From Eledone cirrhosa (Eukaryota), in NCBI GenBank assembly GCA_964016885.1, contig OZ024746.1:69440001-69504000 (forward strand): a stretch of DNA of 64,000 nt, in the 5' to 3' direction. The notes under the pieces are model-generated. The model saw nothing but the letters and a program-made list of their open reading frames with translations. It ran no database searches and had not been told where the DNA came from. How positions within the stretch are numbered: the first letter of the stretch is position 1; each line of letters begins with the position of its first letter. Shown in pieces: positions 1-11,261 of this stretch. The position numbers were made by a program, and so were the translations under genes.

Positions 1-130
1 CCCTTTATGATCTGAGTTCAAATCCCGCCGAGGTTAACTTTACCTTTCATCCTTACGGGGTCGATAAAATAAAGTACCAGTAATGCACTGGGTAATTTAT
101 GGCCTTGTGCCAAAAGTAGAAACAATTATT
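1..130 (+). mobile_element. tRNA-derived SINE, family A (5'-truncated by the window edge)
   Basis: Pol III B-box-like GAGTTCAAATCC at 14-25, body ccgaggttaactttrcctttcatccttacggggtcgataaaataaagtaccagt, (ATT) tail; about 12 copies in the window. Confidence 0.8.
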
Positions 131-829
131 AGCTCCACCCACTACACGATACGTCACGAAGGTAAATGTTTCGAAAAAATTTTAAACTGTATATCGCAAC
201 AATATATTGTTTAAAGAAATTTTTTTCTGTTGTTAAAAACTGTAAATCTGTTAAAAAAAAATGTATTTCGCAGCAATTTTTTTCTGTTAAAAACTAAATA
301 AATATTCATGTAAAAATGAAGCATAGTGTTTCGGTTAAATACATTTTTTTAAAAACAGATTTACAGTTTTAAACAACAGAAAAAAATTTTCTTTAAACAA
401 TATATTGTTGCGATATACAGTTTAAAATTTTTTCGAAACATTTACCTTCGTGACGCATCGTGTGTTAAAAAAAAATGTATTTCACAGCAATTTTTTTTCT
501 GTTAAAAACTTTAAAAACTAAATAAATATTCATGTAAAAATGAAGCATAGTGTTTCGGTTAAAAACTTAAAAACTGTAAATAAATATTCATGTAAAAATG
601 AAGCATAGTTTTTCTGTGAAAAACTGTAAATAAATATTTATTTTGTTCAAAAAATAAATCAAAAATCTAATTTTCTCTGTTAATATTTTAATAAATATTT
701 ATTTTAAAAATTCAATGTTTTTTCGTGTAAAAATGAAGCATGTAAGAAAATGAATATGTAAAAATCAAGGAGCAGCAGCAGCTGATGACGTGTCGTGACG
801 TATCGTGTAGTGGGTGGAGCTAATAATTG
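123..829. repeat. AT-rich fold-back element with terminal inverted repeats
   Basis: 123-159 is the reverse complement of 793-829 (37 bp); ~143-268 is also inverted at ~337-463; internal direct repeats of aaatattcatgtaaaaatgaagcatag. Confidence 0.75.
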
Positions 830-1137
830 AATGTCGATGATGATAATTTAGGACACTAAAACCAAGTATCGCCAAACCCTTAAATTGCGAAGAAGGGACG
901 CGTGTTTTTATTTTAATTTTAATACATGTTAACCACCATTAACAGTAAGTAGTATTTTTCAAATTGCATATAATCGACATTGCTATTTCGCTGTTAATAA
1001 ACAACGCTTTTCACGTCGCGCCACTTCTCATTGTACGCCGTCCAGCCCCAAGTGCATATTTTTATTTTTTTCCTGAAACTGCTTCTTTATAATAAACTTT
1101 CAATAATATTTTTCAAATTATTGACTTAATAAAAAGT

Positions 1138-1167
1138 AGCCCCGGGTGCAACCGGGCTCAGCTACCA

Positions 1168-1170
<3 letters not shown>
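1138..1170 (+). mobile_element. Possible decayed Helitron 3' terminus
   Basis: GC-rich hairpin cccgg-gtgcaa-ccggg followed ~10 nt later by an imperfect CTAG-like end (ctaccag) next to (TA)n. Confidence 0.35.
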
Positions 1171-1223
<53 letters not shown>

Positions 1224-1810
1224 CTATATATATATATACATATATATACATGAATATATATGTACATGTGTGTGTGAGTGTGTATCACTTTGATCACATA
1301 AACGAACTGCTACCAAAAGTAAACAGAAAGCTAAGGACAAGATAAAGACATACAGAGATACATAAGAACAAAACTAATAAAACAAGCCAGGCACACACAG
1401 ATAAAACAAGCAACCAACTAGTGACAAGTTAATGAACGTATGAATAAATAAACCTACATAAAACATACTCAGATATAACGCATGCGCAGCACACACCTCA
1501 CAGGTGACAAAACCGAGATGGGTTAGTAAAGAACAAAAGAGACAAAATAACAATTTAGTCACTGAGGAGGTCACAGAATGTGTGACGAATGAGCTTTGAC
1601 AATAAACAAATAAACAACCATCCAGTTACTAAATTAACCAAACTGGAGGTTTATAATAAATTGAAATGAAAACCGACATGTGCATGTATTTTTATTGGCA
1701 GCATGACCCTCCCAAAGTATAACATTATCTGTTTCAGCACTCGTTTTCAGATAAGAAAGCACTCGTTTTCAGATAAGAAATCTTGTAAAACAAATACAAT
1801 ATATATATAT

Positions 1811-1881
<71 letters not shown>

Positions 1882-2012
1882 GATAAATCTACCAAAAAGT
1901 ACGGTAGTGTCCAATCCATATGAAGAACTCAATGTAATCCAAATATCATGAAAAGAGAAGATGTATTCAAACATTTTTTCGATGAAAAACACAGGAAAAC
2001 AGAGTCAAGATA

Positions 2013-2519
2013 AATTAATAAAAATAATGAATAAAAACAAAGAAACAGTTCGTTATATTAAAAAATTCATCATTTTACGATCGTTTCTAGGATATATATG
2101 TGTGTATTGGTATGTATATCATATAGATCTATGTAAAATTTTTACAAACTATCAGAGGGAATATACATACCTACACATATATATGCTGTCTTCAGAAATA
2201 ATGATATTTGTTCATTGAAAAAAACCAACAAAGATTTAATATAATCGGTCTGTTTGGAAACATGTTTTGAATTGACCAATAGAAAGGTAGTAAGTGGTCA
2301 AGATGGTAGAATAGTAGTAATGGAACTTTAAATTAGGGGTAGAGGAAGACAGCATATATATGTGTAGGTATGTATATTCCCTCTGATAGTTTGTAAAAAT
2401 TTTACATAGATCTATATGATATACATACCAACACACACATATATATCCTAGAAACGATCGTAAAATGATGAATTTTTTAATATAAGGAACTGTTTCTTTG
2501 TTTTTATTCATTATTTTTA

Positions 2520-2523
<4 letters not shown>
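2013..2523. repeat. Inverted duplication (~180 bp arms) of a hammerhead-bearing, Penelope-pLTR-like sequence
   Basis: ~2013-2193 is the reverse complement of 2345-2523; the near-identical opposite-strand ORFs 1961..2218 and 2236..2511 are a by-product. Confidence 0.8.
2067..2204 (-). ncRNA. Type I hammerhead ribozyme with long stem II
   Basis: Minus strand: UCAUUAUUU CUGAAGA [~100-nt stem II with AUAUAUAUGUGU/ACACAUAUAUAU and GGUAUGUAUAU/AUAUACAUACC helices] GAAA CGAUCG UA AAAUGAUGA; 9-bp stem I, palindromic stem III ACGAUCGU, GUA cleavage triplet. Confidence 0.75.
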
Positions 2524-2557
<34 letters not shown>

Positions 2558-2596
2558 ATATAAATGTGATGTCATCTCAGACCCTGATGAAGAGAG

Positions 2597-2629
<33 letters not shown>

Positions 2630-2632
<3 letters not shown>

Positions 2633-3612
2633 CTCTCTTCATCAGGGCCTGAGATGACATCACATTTATATACAATATCCTTTGTAAGGCATTTATTGCA
2701 GAAGGGACATGCAGCCTTATCGTGGCAGTTGCACAGGACCTCAGAACCGGGATTTCGGAGGTAGTAGACTTATTTAACTTAGTAATATTAATATTGGCTA
2801 AGTTCCTAGCTAGATTTGGTGTAGTGGAGTAAGAGAGTCTGATTGTATTCTTATTAAAGATGGTGTAGTACCTATGTTGGGTGGGGAAGTGTTTGTGCAA
2901 TAGAGTAAAGAAATGTTTTGCTATAGGTGTAGATACCTCGCAGTTGAATGGGGATTGTACCAGCTAATTTGCCTCTACCTATTCCTCCTGGGTGGGCGTG
3001 GGGCTATTCTGAGATAAGAGATCTTATCTTTAAAACCGCTACGGGCTAAGGCTTCGTTGTAATAGGGGGCCGCTGCCCTAAAGATATCCTCATTGGCGGA
3101 GAGGCCAGAGATCCTAAGGGAGACACTTTTAACTAAATTATCTGTGATGTTCTTGGGGTGATTCGAGTTAACGTCTATATATCTAAGAGATTCGTTAGGT
3201 TTGTGGTACGGATAATAAAGGGATGTTTCTAAATGGAGAGTTACATCTAAGAAGTTGGCTTTAGTTAAACTCGAATCTATAGTTATTCTGAGGCCTAGGT
3301 TATTGAAGAAAGCGTTAAGGTTTTTCCGTAACCCATCGGTAGTCCTGGGGTTAATTTTATGCAGGGCAAAGAGGCCGTCATTCCGGTATAATCCGCCTGT
3401 AAGGCCTGTGAAGAAGGTTTTCATCCGGTTAAGGATAAACAGGCCCACCAGATCACTAATCTCTGCCGAGTCACGAGCACCCATGCTGACATCGAAGGGA
3501 GTCTCCGATTTTTTGTTGATCCAGTAGGACGCGTTATGGTACAAAAAGGTCTTACGTGCATGGAGGATCACATCCTGCTCGGCGTCGGTTATGGTGGTTA
3601 GGTTTCTTGCGA
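2630..3612 (-). pseudogene. Penelope-like element, decayed RT C-terminal part and 3' end
   Basis: ORF 2975..3640: FDVSMGARDSAEISDLVG, GLYRNDGL (YRDD-like), NFLDVTL, YHKP..YIDVNSNHP are typical Penelope RT/thumb motifs; frameshifted continuation 2577..2900; both ends in (TA)n. Confidence 0.85.
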
Positions 3613-3639
3613 ATATATATATATATATATATATATACA

Positions 3640-5745
3640 AGTGGAAGCTTAGTAAAATCGAAGTTATATATATATATATAAGGAAAAAAGATAAAATTGA
3701 AAATGCAACTGGAGTCTTTTTTTTTTTTAAATATATTTATTTGGTTCCTTTACCGGTTTCACAGTTCTTGTGCTTTTCAAAAGTAGAATTGAGATGGAGG
3801 ATTTGTGGTTTTTCTCGCATCTGGTTGATGTTCGAATGTTACTTCTGTTTAATATGGAAAAAAGTGGCTCGAAATGCTAGGTTTTTAGAAAAGTAATTTG
3901 GTTGGTTGATGACTGTCATGTGAATAAGTATAATAAATTTCGCGCCAGTTCGCGTTACAAAGTTCTTATTATATTTGCCTTTAAAAAACGTGTGTGTGTG
4001 TGGGGGGGAGGGGGGGGGGGCTCAGATTGTTTTTTCATATATGAGTGAAGTTTGGTTGGTTGATGCAGTCACGTGAATCAGCTTTCGCGCCAGTCTGTGT
4101 TTGAATTTCTTTTTACTTAAAAAAGCTCACGAAGGCTTTTTTTTTATAAATGTAATTTGATTGGTTATAAATGAAATTATCACTGTTACGTGAACAAGTA
4201 CATTAAATTCCGCGCCGTATTTTGGAATTTTTTTGTAGCCATTTAGAGAATTTTGTGCCAAACAAAAGATAATGGTCAAGAAAAAGGGGATGGAAAGAAT
4301 TGTTCTGGTTCAGTGAGTATGGCTGATGTGGTGAAATGTAATTTGATTGGTTATAAATGAAATTATGACTGTCACGTGAACAAGTACATTAAATTTCGCG
4401 CCCGTATTTAGGAATTTCTTTTGTAGCCATTTAGAGAATTTTGTGCCAAACAAAAGATAATGGTCAAGAAAAACGGGATGGGGAGAATTGTTCCGGTTCA
4501 GTGAGTATGGCTGATGTGCTGGGGTGTCAAAATTCAGACTTTCTATTGAAATAAAGAAAGTAGAGATATGTATGTTTATTTGTGTTCTGGTGTGTGTGTG
4601 TGTGGGTGGGGGGGGTGTATGTGTGTGTGTGTGTGTGTGTGTAGGAAGATGATTCTATTAGTAGAAATGGGGGAGGGAGTTGTGTGTGTGTGTGTATGGA
4701 TGTTATATGTGTGTGTGTGTGTGGGGGGGGGGTATGGTTAGCATGTTAAGATGGAGAGAATATATATTTTTGTGTGTGTGAGTGTAGGAAAATGATTCTG
4801 TTAGTAGAAATGTGGAAAGGAGTTATGTGTGTGTGGGGGGTATTGTTATCATATTAAGGTGTTAGAGTATTAACGTATGTTAAGGTGTATTTAGCTCTGG
4901 TTTTTATTTTCGAATATAGAAGGTGTTATGTGTGTATGTATGTGTCTGTTTGGGTGGTTAGCATGTTATGGTGTTGACATAATGTATATTAAACTATATT
5001 TAATGCTGGTCTATATTTTTGAATAAACATATTTTCCTTATTTATTCGTATTTGTTCTGCTGCATTGTCAGCGCAAAGATAAAATGGGAAGACTTGGAAT
5101 TTGGGTGTCTTATTACTTGCGCATATGTCTAGATGTGCACTGAGTGGTATCTGTCTTGTGGTAGGGTCTCGTAATTGTTGGCGATGAATTGTCATTCTGT
5201 TTCTGTGTGAGTTTAGTTTGTCCTATATAATCTTCATTGCATCCTTTACATTTAATGGCATAAAGCAAATTTTTTGATGAGCAAGTGAAGTGATTTTTTA
5301 CAGCAAAATTTTGTCCTGATTGAAATGTATACATGTTGCCTTCAATGAGGTGAGTGCAGGTTCCACAATTAGAACGACCACATTTTTTGACAGTTTGTTG
5401 TGGGTTTGTGGTAGGTAATTTGGCATTGGTGTGTAATGTTTTTAGTGATTTCGGTTGTCTTTTGCTTTTGATTATTTTGTGTGTTTCAAGGGCTTTTTTC
5501 ATTCTTGGGTCTTGTTTCAATAGTGGGATGTTCTTGTGAATAATCTTGTAAGCTTCCGCATTTCTCGGGTTGTGTGTTGAGATATATAATAGAATATTGG
5601 ACGTACCTTGAATTTGTTTCTGTTTTCGTAATTCATCAATGCCTATTGCTTTAGCCCTTTCTATTCCGTTATTTATTAGTAATGGTGGGTACTGTCTTTC
5701 GAGCAGAATTTCCTTTAATTCTTGAAGTCTTTTATTTCGCGTTTC
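3640..5745 (-). mobile_element. Penelope-like element (Neptune-type) 3' part: Cys linker, GIY-YIG endonuclease and long 3' UTR/pLTR
   Basis: ORF 5113..5520 KCGRSNCGTCTH...NLLYAIKCKGCNEDYIGQT; frameshifted 4989..5195 with R..H..E.MFIQKYRPALN; downstream AC-rich UTR with tandem duplications (4140-4330 ~ 4335-4520). Confidence 0.85.
3745..3788 (-). ncRNA. Minimal hammerhead motif, U3-A8 variant, in the PLE 3' end
   Basis: Minus strand CUU UUGAAAA GCACAAGAACUGU GAAA CCGG UA AAG; palindromic stem III ACCGGU, only 3-bp stem I, AAUAAA just downstream. Confidence 0.5.
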
Positions 5746-5764
5746 ATATATATATATCTATCTA

Positions 5765-6000
5765 TCTAGGGCGGGTAAAATTCCCGAGATCCATGACGAG
5801 TTCTCTCCAGCGGTCTCTGTCCCTCATTATCGCTGCCATGTCCTGCGTCTCCAACAGAGCAGTGCCTGTCCTTAGGGCACCAACATACGTTAACCTTGGT
5901 CTTCCTCTTCCAGTGTGTCCAAGCAGGGGCTCCCACAGGAGCACTGAGTACAGTGTCAACTCTGGATGTCGGTGAGCATGTTCAGCTAACATCAGTCTCC
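5765..6000 (-). pseudogene. RTE-clade LINE C-terminal fragment
   Basis: HAHRHPE...LLWEP..GHTGRGRPRLTY...MRDRDRWR in ORF 5762..6280 matches the RTE ORF C-terminus. Confidence 0.75.
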
Positions 6001-6030
6001 TTTGTGTCACTTTTATATATAGGAAAAAAG

Positions 6031-6068
6031 TCAGGACCCCGACGGCTGAGCTCCGGCCGTTTCGACAG

Positions 6069-6070
<2 letters not shown>
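6031..6070 (-). ncRNA. 3' half of a hammerhead motif (second copy at 12951-12992)
   Basis: Minus strand GCUGUC GAAA CGGC-CGGAGCUCA-GCCG UC GGGGUCCUGA: GAAA, 5-bp stem III and GUC triplet; 5' half replaced by (TA)n. Confidence 0.5.
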
Positions 6071-6107
<37 letters not shown>

Positions 6108-6144
6108 ACCATACAACAACTATACACACACACACACACATAAC

Positions 6145-6232
<88 letters not shown>

Positions 6233-6240
<8 letters not shown>

Positions 6241-6466
6241 GGAGAGTAAATATTATCGAAGGATTTATGAAGTTGTGCATATATTTACTCAGGTATTATA
6301 AATACTTCTCTGGGGTTGGTGACCACGTGGTGCGATCAATACGCCACCGTCGCACCACCAGGTCATCGACCCCAGAGATATATGTATAATAGCTGAATAA
6401 TAGCTGAATAAATGTATGCACTTCTTCATGTGACCTTTCGTTAATATTTACTGTACTGTGTGTATA
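6233..6466. repeat. Imperfect long hairpin (MITE-like or fold-back)
   Basis: tctctggggttggtgacc..gtggtgcga pairs with tcgcaccac..ggtcatcgaccccagaga; outer arms agtaaatattatcgaagg / cctttcgttaatatttact. Confidence 0.6.
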
Positions 6467-6584
6467 CTCCACCTTGAACTATTATAACGAACTTGGATAG
6501 GAACACGTCGTAGAAGGCTTCATTCTATTGGCATCGGCGTTAACTGATTCGAGGTGTGAATTACACAACTCGAGTCAATTAACA

Positions 6585-6619
<35 letters not shown>

Positions 6620-6623
6620 AAGG

Positions 6624-6840
6624 AACGATCAACTTTCGTCAAATCGGACCGAGGGAACAATGTTTCCGTTGGTCTTTCCAATTGCTAATACTATCTATCG
6701 GTCGCAACTCCAGGTAGAAGGAGCAACGTGAAATAAAGTGTCTTGCTCAAGGACATAACGCATCGCCTGGTCCAGGAATCGAACTCACAACCTTACGATT
6801 GCGAATCCAATTCTCTAACCACTCAGCCACACGCCTTCAC
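6624..6840 (-). mobile_element. tRNA-derived SINE, family B
   Basis: Minus strand A box TGGCTGAGTGG, B box GAGTTCGATTCC, then TGTCCTTGAGCAAGACACTT; related copies at ~12320-12460, 41716-42000, 42790-42900, 50575-50760. Confidence 0.8.
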
Positions 6841-6859
6841 AATATATATATATATATAT

Positions 6860-7196
6860 TTATTAAAATAACAGATTAAAGTTTAAGCAAAGAATCGCTG
6901 CTTTCACCCTTAACGGGATCTTCTGAAACTAACAAAGTCAATCTGTAAACGCAGAAGTGGATATTTCAAAAAACGTTGCAACCGGAGGAAGACAGGAAGA
7001 CGATACTTTGGTTCGTGGAAACGTTCGCTGGCAAAGAACGGGAAAATACGAATATAATACGTCATTAATAGGAGCGGTGAAAAACAATTACGCGCAAAGA
7101 CAGAACCACGTTTATGGTATAAAAGAGGTCGTAGACTAATGTTCTCTTAGGTGGTTCATAGAGACGTTCTCTGGCAATGAACGAAAAAAAAACGAA
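6860..7196 (-). mobile_element. Non-coding hammerhead-bearing repeat (copy A)
   Basis: Near-identical to 49917-50248 and 8245-8470; no meaningful ORF; abuts (TA)n. Confidence 0.8.
6871..6946 (-). ncRNA. Extended type I hammerhead ribozyme, U4A core variant (copy A)
   Basis: ACAGAUUGA-CUUUGUU-AGUUU CAGAAGA U-CCC-GUUAA-GGG-U GAAA GCAG-CGAUUCU-UUGC UU AAACU-UUAAUCUGU: stems I (5+9 bp with 7-nt bulge), II and III all pair. Confidence 0.7.
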
Positions 7197-7684
7197 TGAG
7201 CATGAGCCAGAGTCGGTGATAGAAAACGATCAGGCGAAGGTGTTATGGGATTTTAGTATACAGACGGATAAGAAACTAGAACACAATAGGCCTGACCTGG
7301 TTGTTTTGGACAAGGAAAAAAAGATCGTGCCTGATTGTAGATGTAGCCTGCCCATTCGCCACGAGAGTGCAAGAAAAGGAGAGGGAGAAAATTAACCGAT
7401 ACCAGGACTTAAAGTGGGAGGTAAAAAGGATTTGGAACTGCCATGAAGTCAGAGTCGTCCCGATTGTCATAGGCGCACTAGGTACTATCTCAAAGAGTTT
7501 CCAAGGATGATTAAAGAAAGTTAGTCCAGCCCCGCTTTTTGGAACACTTCAAAAGGCATGCTTGCTGGGAACAGCAAGAACCCTCCGATACCTCCTGAAT
7601 ATCTGAGACTGCAGGTAGCGGCTTGATATTCATTTCAACAAACTTTCCAGTTAAATAACATCAATGACTGAGACTCAAAAGAAC

Positions 7685-7720
<36 letters not shown>
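7197..7720 (+). pseudogene. R4/Dong-clade LINE 3' fragment (restriction-like endonuclease) with (AAT)n tail
   Basis: VLWDFSIQTDKKLEHNRPDLVV..CLIVDVACP..EKINRYQDLKWE..VVPIVIGALG; tail aacaataataat. Confidence 0.85.
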
Positions 7721-7724
<4 letters not shown>

Positions 7725-7916
7725 GTAAAAATAAATGTGAAGACTAAAATCCAAGGAGGGCTCGAAAAGGATAAATATATATCAAATATATAAGAACCCT
7801 AGAGCAAATATTTATTAAAGTTTAAGTTTGCTTAAACTTTAATCTGTTATTTTAATATATATAAGTAAGTATGTTTTGAAACAGTGAGCAGGTTTGAAAT
7901 TAGAAAATAGAATAGC

Positions 7917-8096
7917 TTTCATCGTATTTTTTACTAAAGAAATTTTAGCCTGATAATGGGGTTTAGAACCCTCAGATAAATGGGAAAAGATGAGTATTGA
8001 CGTACATGTACGTCGCTACATATCTTTTTCCATTTATCTGAAGGTTCTAAACCCCATTACCAGGCTAAATTTTCTTTAGTCAAAAATACGGTGAAA
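7917..8096. repeat. Fold-back hairpin with ~75-bp arms and central 16-bp palindrome
   Basis: 7917-7991 inverted at 8021-8096; gacgtacatgtacgtc at 7999-8014; abuts long (TA)n. Confidence 0.75.
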
Positions 8097-8241
<145 letters not shown>

Positions 8242-8244
8242 TTA

Positions 8245-8590
8245 TTTATTAAAATAACAGATTAAAGTTTAAGCAAAGAATCGCTGCTTTCACCTTTAAC
8301 GGGATCTTCTGCAACTAACAAAGTCAATCTGTGAACGCAGAAGTGAATATTTAAAAAAACGTTGCAACCGGAGGAAGACAGGAAGACGATACTTTGGTTC
8401 GTGGAAACGTTCCCTGGCAAAGAACGGTAAAAAACGAATATAATACGTCATTATTTGGAGCGGTGAAAAATAACCACGTAAATGGTAGAACTGAAGTCGT
8501 AGATTACGACTTCAGTTATACCATTTACGTGGTTTCGTCTTTGCGTGCAATTGTTCTACCCGCTCCACATACTACGACTTCAGTTAGTCA
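8245..8590 (-). mobile_element. Hammerhead-bearing repeat copy B with internal fold-back
   Basis: Hammerhead 8257-8332 (CAGAAGA kept, one mismatch each in stems I and II); 30-bp-arm hairpin 8472-8534, then inverted family sequence to ~8590. Confidence 0.75.
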
Positions 8591-9092
8591 CATCTAATAT
8601 AGCGTTGTAACTTGTTTATAATTCAGCGAGGGAAGTAACTCTTGTAAGAATTTATTAAAAATTATCTTTTTGTTGATTTCCCTTTGGTCATACATTCAAA
8701 TGTTTTCTTTTTACAATTTTCAATCATCGGACTGTGGTTATGCTTGAGCACCACCCTGTATGGTATTGGGCGTAACGAAATTTGAACTTAGTACGGACCT
8801 AACTAAATCCTGCGTGTGTGAATGTGTGCGCGCACGTGTGTGCATCTGTGTGCGCCCGCGCGTTCTTTTATTATTGTATTCTATCAGTCATTGGACTATA
8901 GCCATGCTGGGGCACCTACCTAGGTTTTAGTTCATATTTATTACACATAGAAGCACCTATTTTAGCCTGGTACTTATTTTATTAGCAAAGGTTTATGTTA
9001 CTTTTTAACATAAAGGGACACAATTCGACACACCAGGTTACACCAATATAGACAAACAACACACACGACTTTCCTTCGCACATACACCTCTA

Positions 9093-9214
<122 letters not shown>

Positions 9215-9639
9215 TTATAATTACTTCTAATTTTAAATTATTCTTTCTTTAAAACTATTATATATGATAGCATTTTTAATTAAAAAAATATTCTATGAGA
9301 AATCGTTTCGAAAAGAAATTCATTCAATAATAAATTGTTTCGATAAAATTCATGATCGTTAACTGACATTCCCCATATGCATCAAACGCAGTCGTCTCCC
9401 CTGCTTTTCTCTTGCGTCTTTCACACATTCTAACATAATATAACAGAATGAGAATACTTTATTTCTTTGTAACTGTCACTAATTCTCTTCATTCAAAGAA
9501 TCGTCTATCTAGCAGCAACATAGTAATTCGTACATAAGCATCATATAATGTACTCTTCACCCACAGAGAAACCTTTTGTTGATAGCAGAAGTAAAACTTC
9601 CTTGAACTTTTTCCACCTGATTCTCACTTCTGTCTCTAT

Positions 9640-10365
9640 GCTCTCTTCACATTCTTCTCATCTACTTCACCTAAGTAACAAAAGTTATAAACTATTTCTA
9701 TCGAGTCTTCTGGGGATTTTAGGGAAATAATTTCGCATATACTGCTGCCTATTCCTCTTAATCCGCATACATGGAATCTCACTCCTTTTGTGTGTCTATT
9801 GTATAAGCTGGGTACGCCGCATGGAGTTTTAACCTAATCCTTGCCTTCACAGCCATTTCCCTGATAGTAGCAAGGGCTTGTGTTCTTTCCTACTGTCTAA
9901 AAGTTTGGTATTTGCTAAGTTTTCTTTGAGGCCTTTGTACTCTGTGTCTAGAATTTCTTTTTTAATTCTACAGATTCTTCTATAAGGGGTAGGACTTCAA
10001 TAGAAAGTTGCCACAGACATCCGGTCATAAACTCCCCAGTTATAACCGGGGTGAGCTGACTTTTGTGATAAACAGGGGTGAGTTCAGTGTTGAGGCCTGG
10101 TGCCTTCCTATCTGCACGCTAAACTGGCCACAGAACTCATTGCCAACATATCTTGCTATATTTCACCTCTGTACATGTCCTTTCATCTAGCTCTTACTTT
10201 CTTAATGATCAGCAAATTACAGAGCGTGGAACTTTGTCAAAGGTCTTTTTCAGGTCGATAAAAGCTAAGTATAGGAGATTACTTCTAAGTACTTCCACTG
10301 CAGTTGTCTTACTAGGAAGATGGCATCAGTAGTGCTTCTGCTAGGCACAAAGCCAAACTACATGA
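9640..10365 (-). pseudogene. Decayed RTE-clade RT fragment
   Basis: Manual translation of minus 10365-10205: FGFVPSRSTTDAIFLVRQLQ..LYLAFIDLKKTFDKVP; left boundary approximate. Confidence 0.65.
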
Positions 10366-10725
10366 AATTTAACTATGTTCTTAATTGCATTATCGTTGTT
10401 GTTGTTGTTATTACTGATGTTGTTGTTGTTGTTGTTGCTGCTGATGCTGTTGTTGTCGTCGCCATTAGTTTCGTTTAACCGTAGCTTATCTCGCATCAAG
10501 CAAGCCTTTGATTAAAGGCACTTCAACCATGATCTCTTGTGTTTTTACAGTATGCTGGATTAAATTAACCAATATGTCTTTTCTACATTCAAGACGGCAG
10601 GGTATGGCGAAGGCAAATTGGCTGCTAACTCTACCAAATCGAATGATCAGGTTAAAACTCCTTCCTTGACTAATGTGATAAAAACACTTGATACGTTTTA
10701 AATATAAATATATATTTCAAAGTAA

Positions 10726-10747
10726 TCTATATATCTAAAACAGAGAA

Positions 10748-10840
<93 letters not shown>

Positions 10841-11197
10841 GACTGACTCCCTAAAACTCGAGAACCACCCAACCGATTTTTTTCAAACTTTGAACAAAAA
10901 GAATTTCAAATTTTCAATGCCATAGGGACCACATTAGGCGCCGAACGTCGCGTCCTTATAATATTTGGTTGTGTATCTGGCTGTCTGCATTACGACATTA
11001 TGACGTTATCTGTGTGTGTGTATATATATGTGTATATATATAGTGTGTGTGTGTGTGTATATATATATATGTATATATATATTCATATAATTGTTCTGCA
11101 TCCCCTTGCATAGAACCACAAAGTTACTAAGACATAACATATATATTTGCTAGCATAGGTATACATCTGTATACATATGTTGGTAGATAAACTAATT

Positions 11198-11261
<64 letters not shown>

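Noticed and set aside
782-800. CTGATGA hammerhead core
   Set aside because: No downstream stem II/GAAA or stem I pairing
1725-1780. Minus-strand CTGAAAA..GAAA motif in a short tandem duplication
   Set aside because: C3 opposite A8, no stem II or III; explained by a local duplication and small hairpin
6780-6835. tRNA gene
   Set aside because: A/B boxes belong to a SINE head that continues into the SINE body; no complete cloverleaf evident
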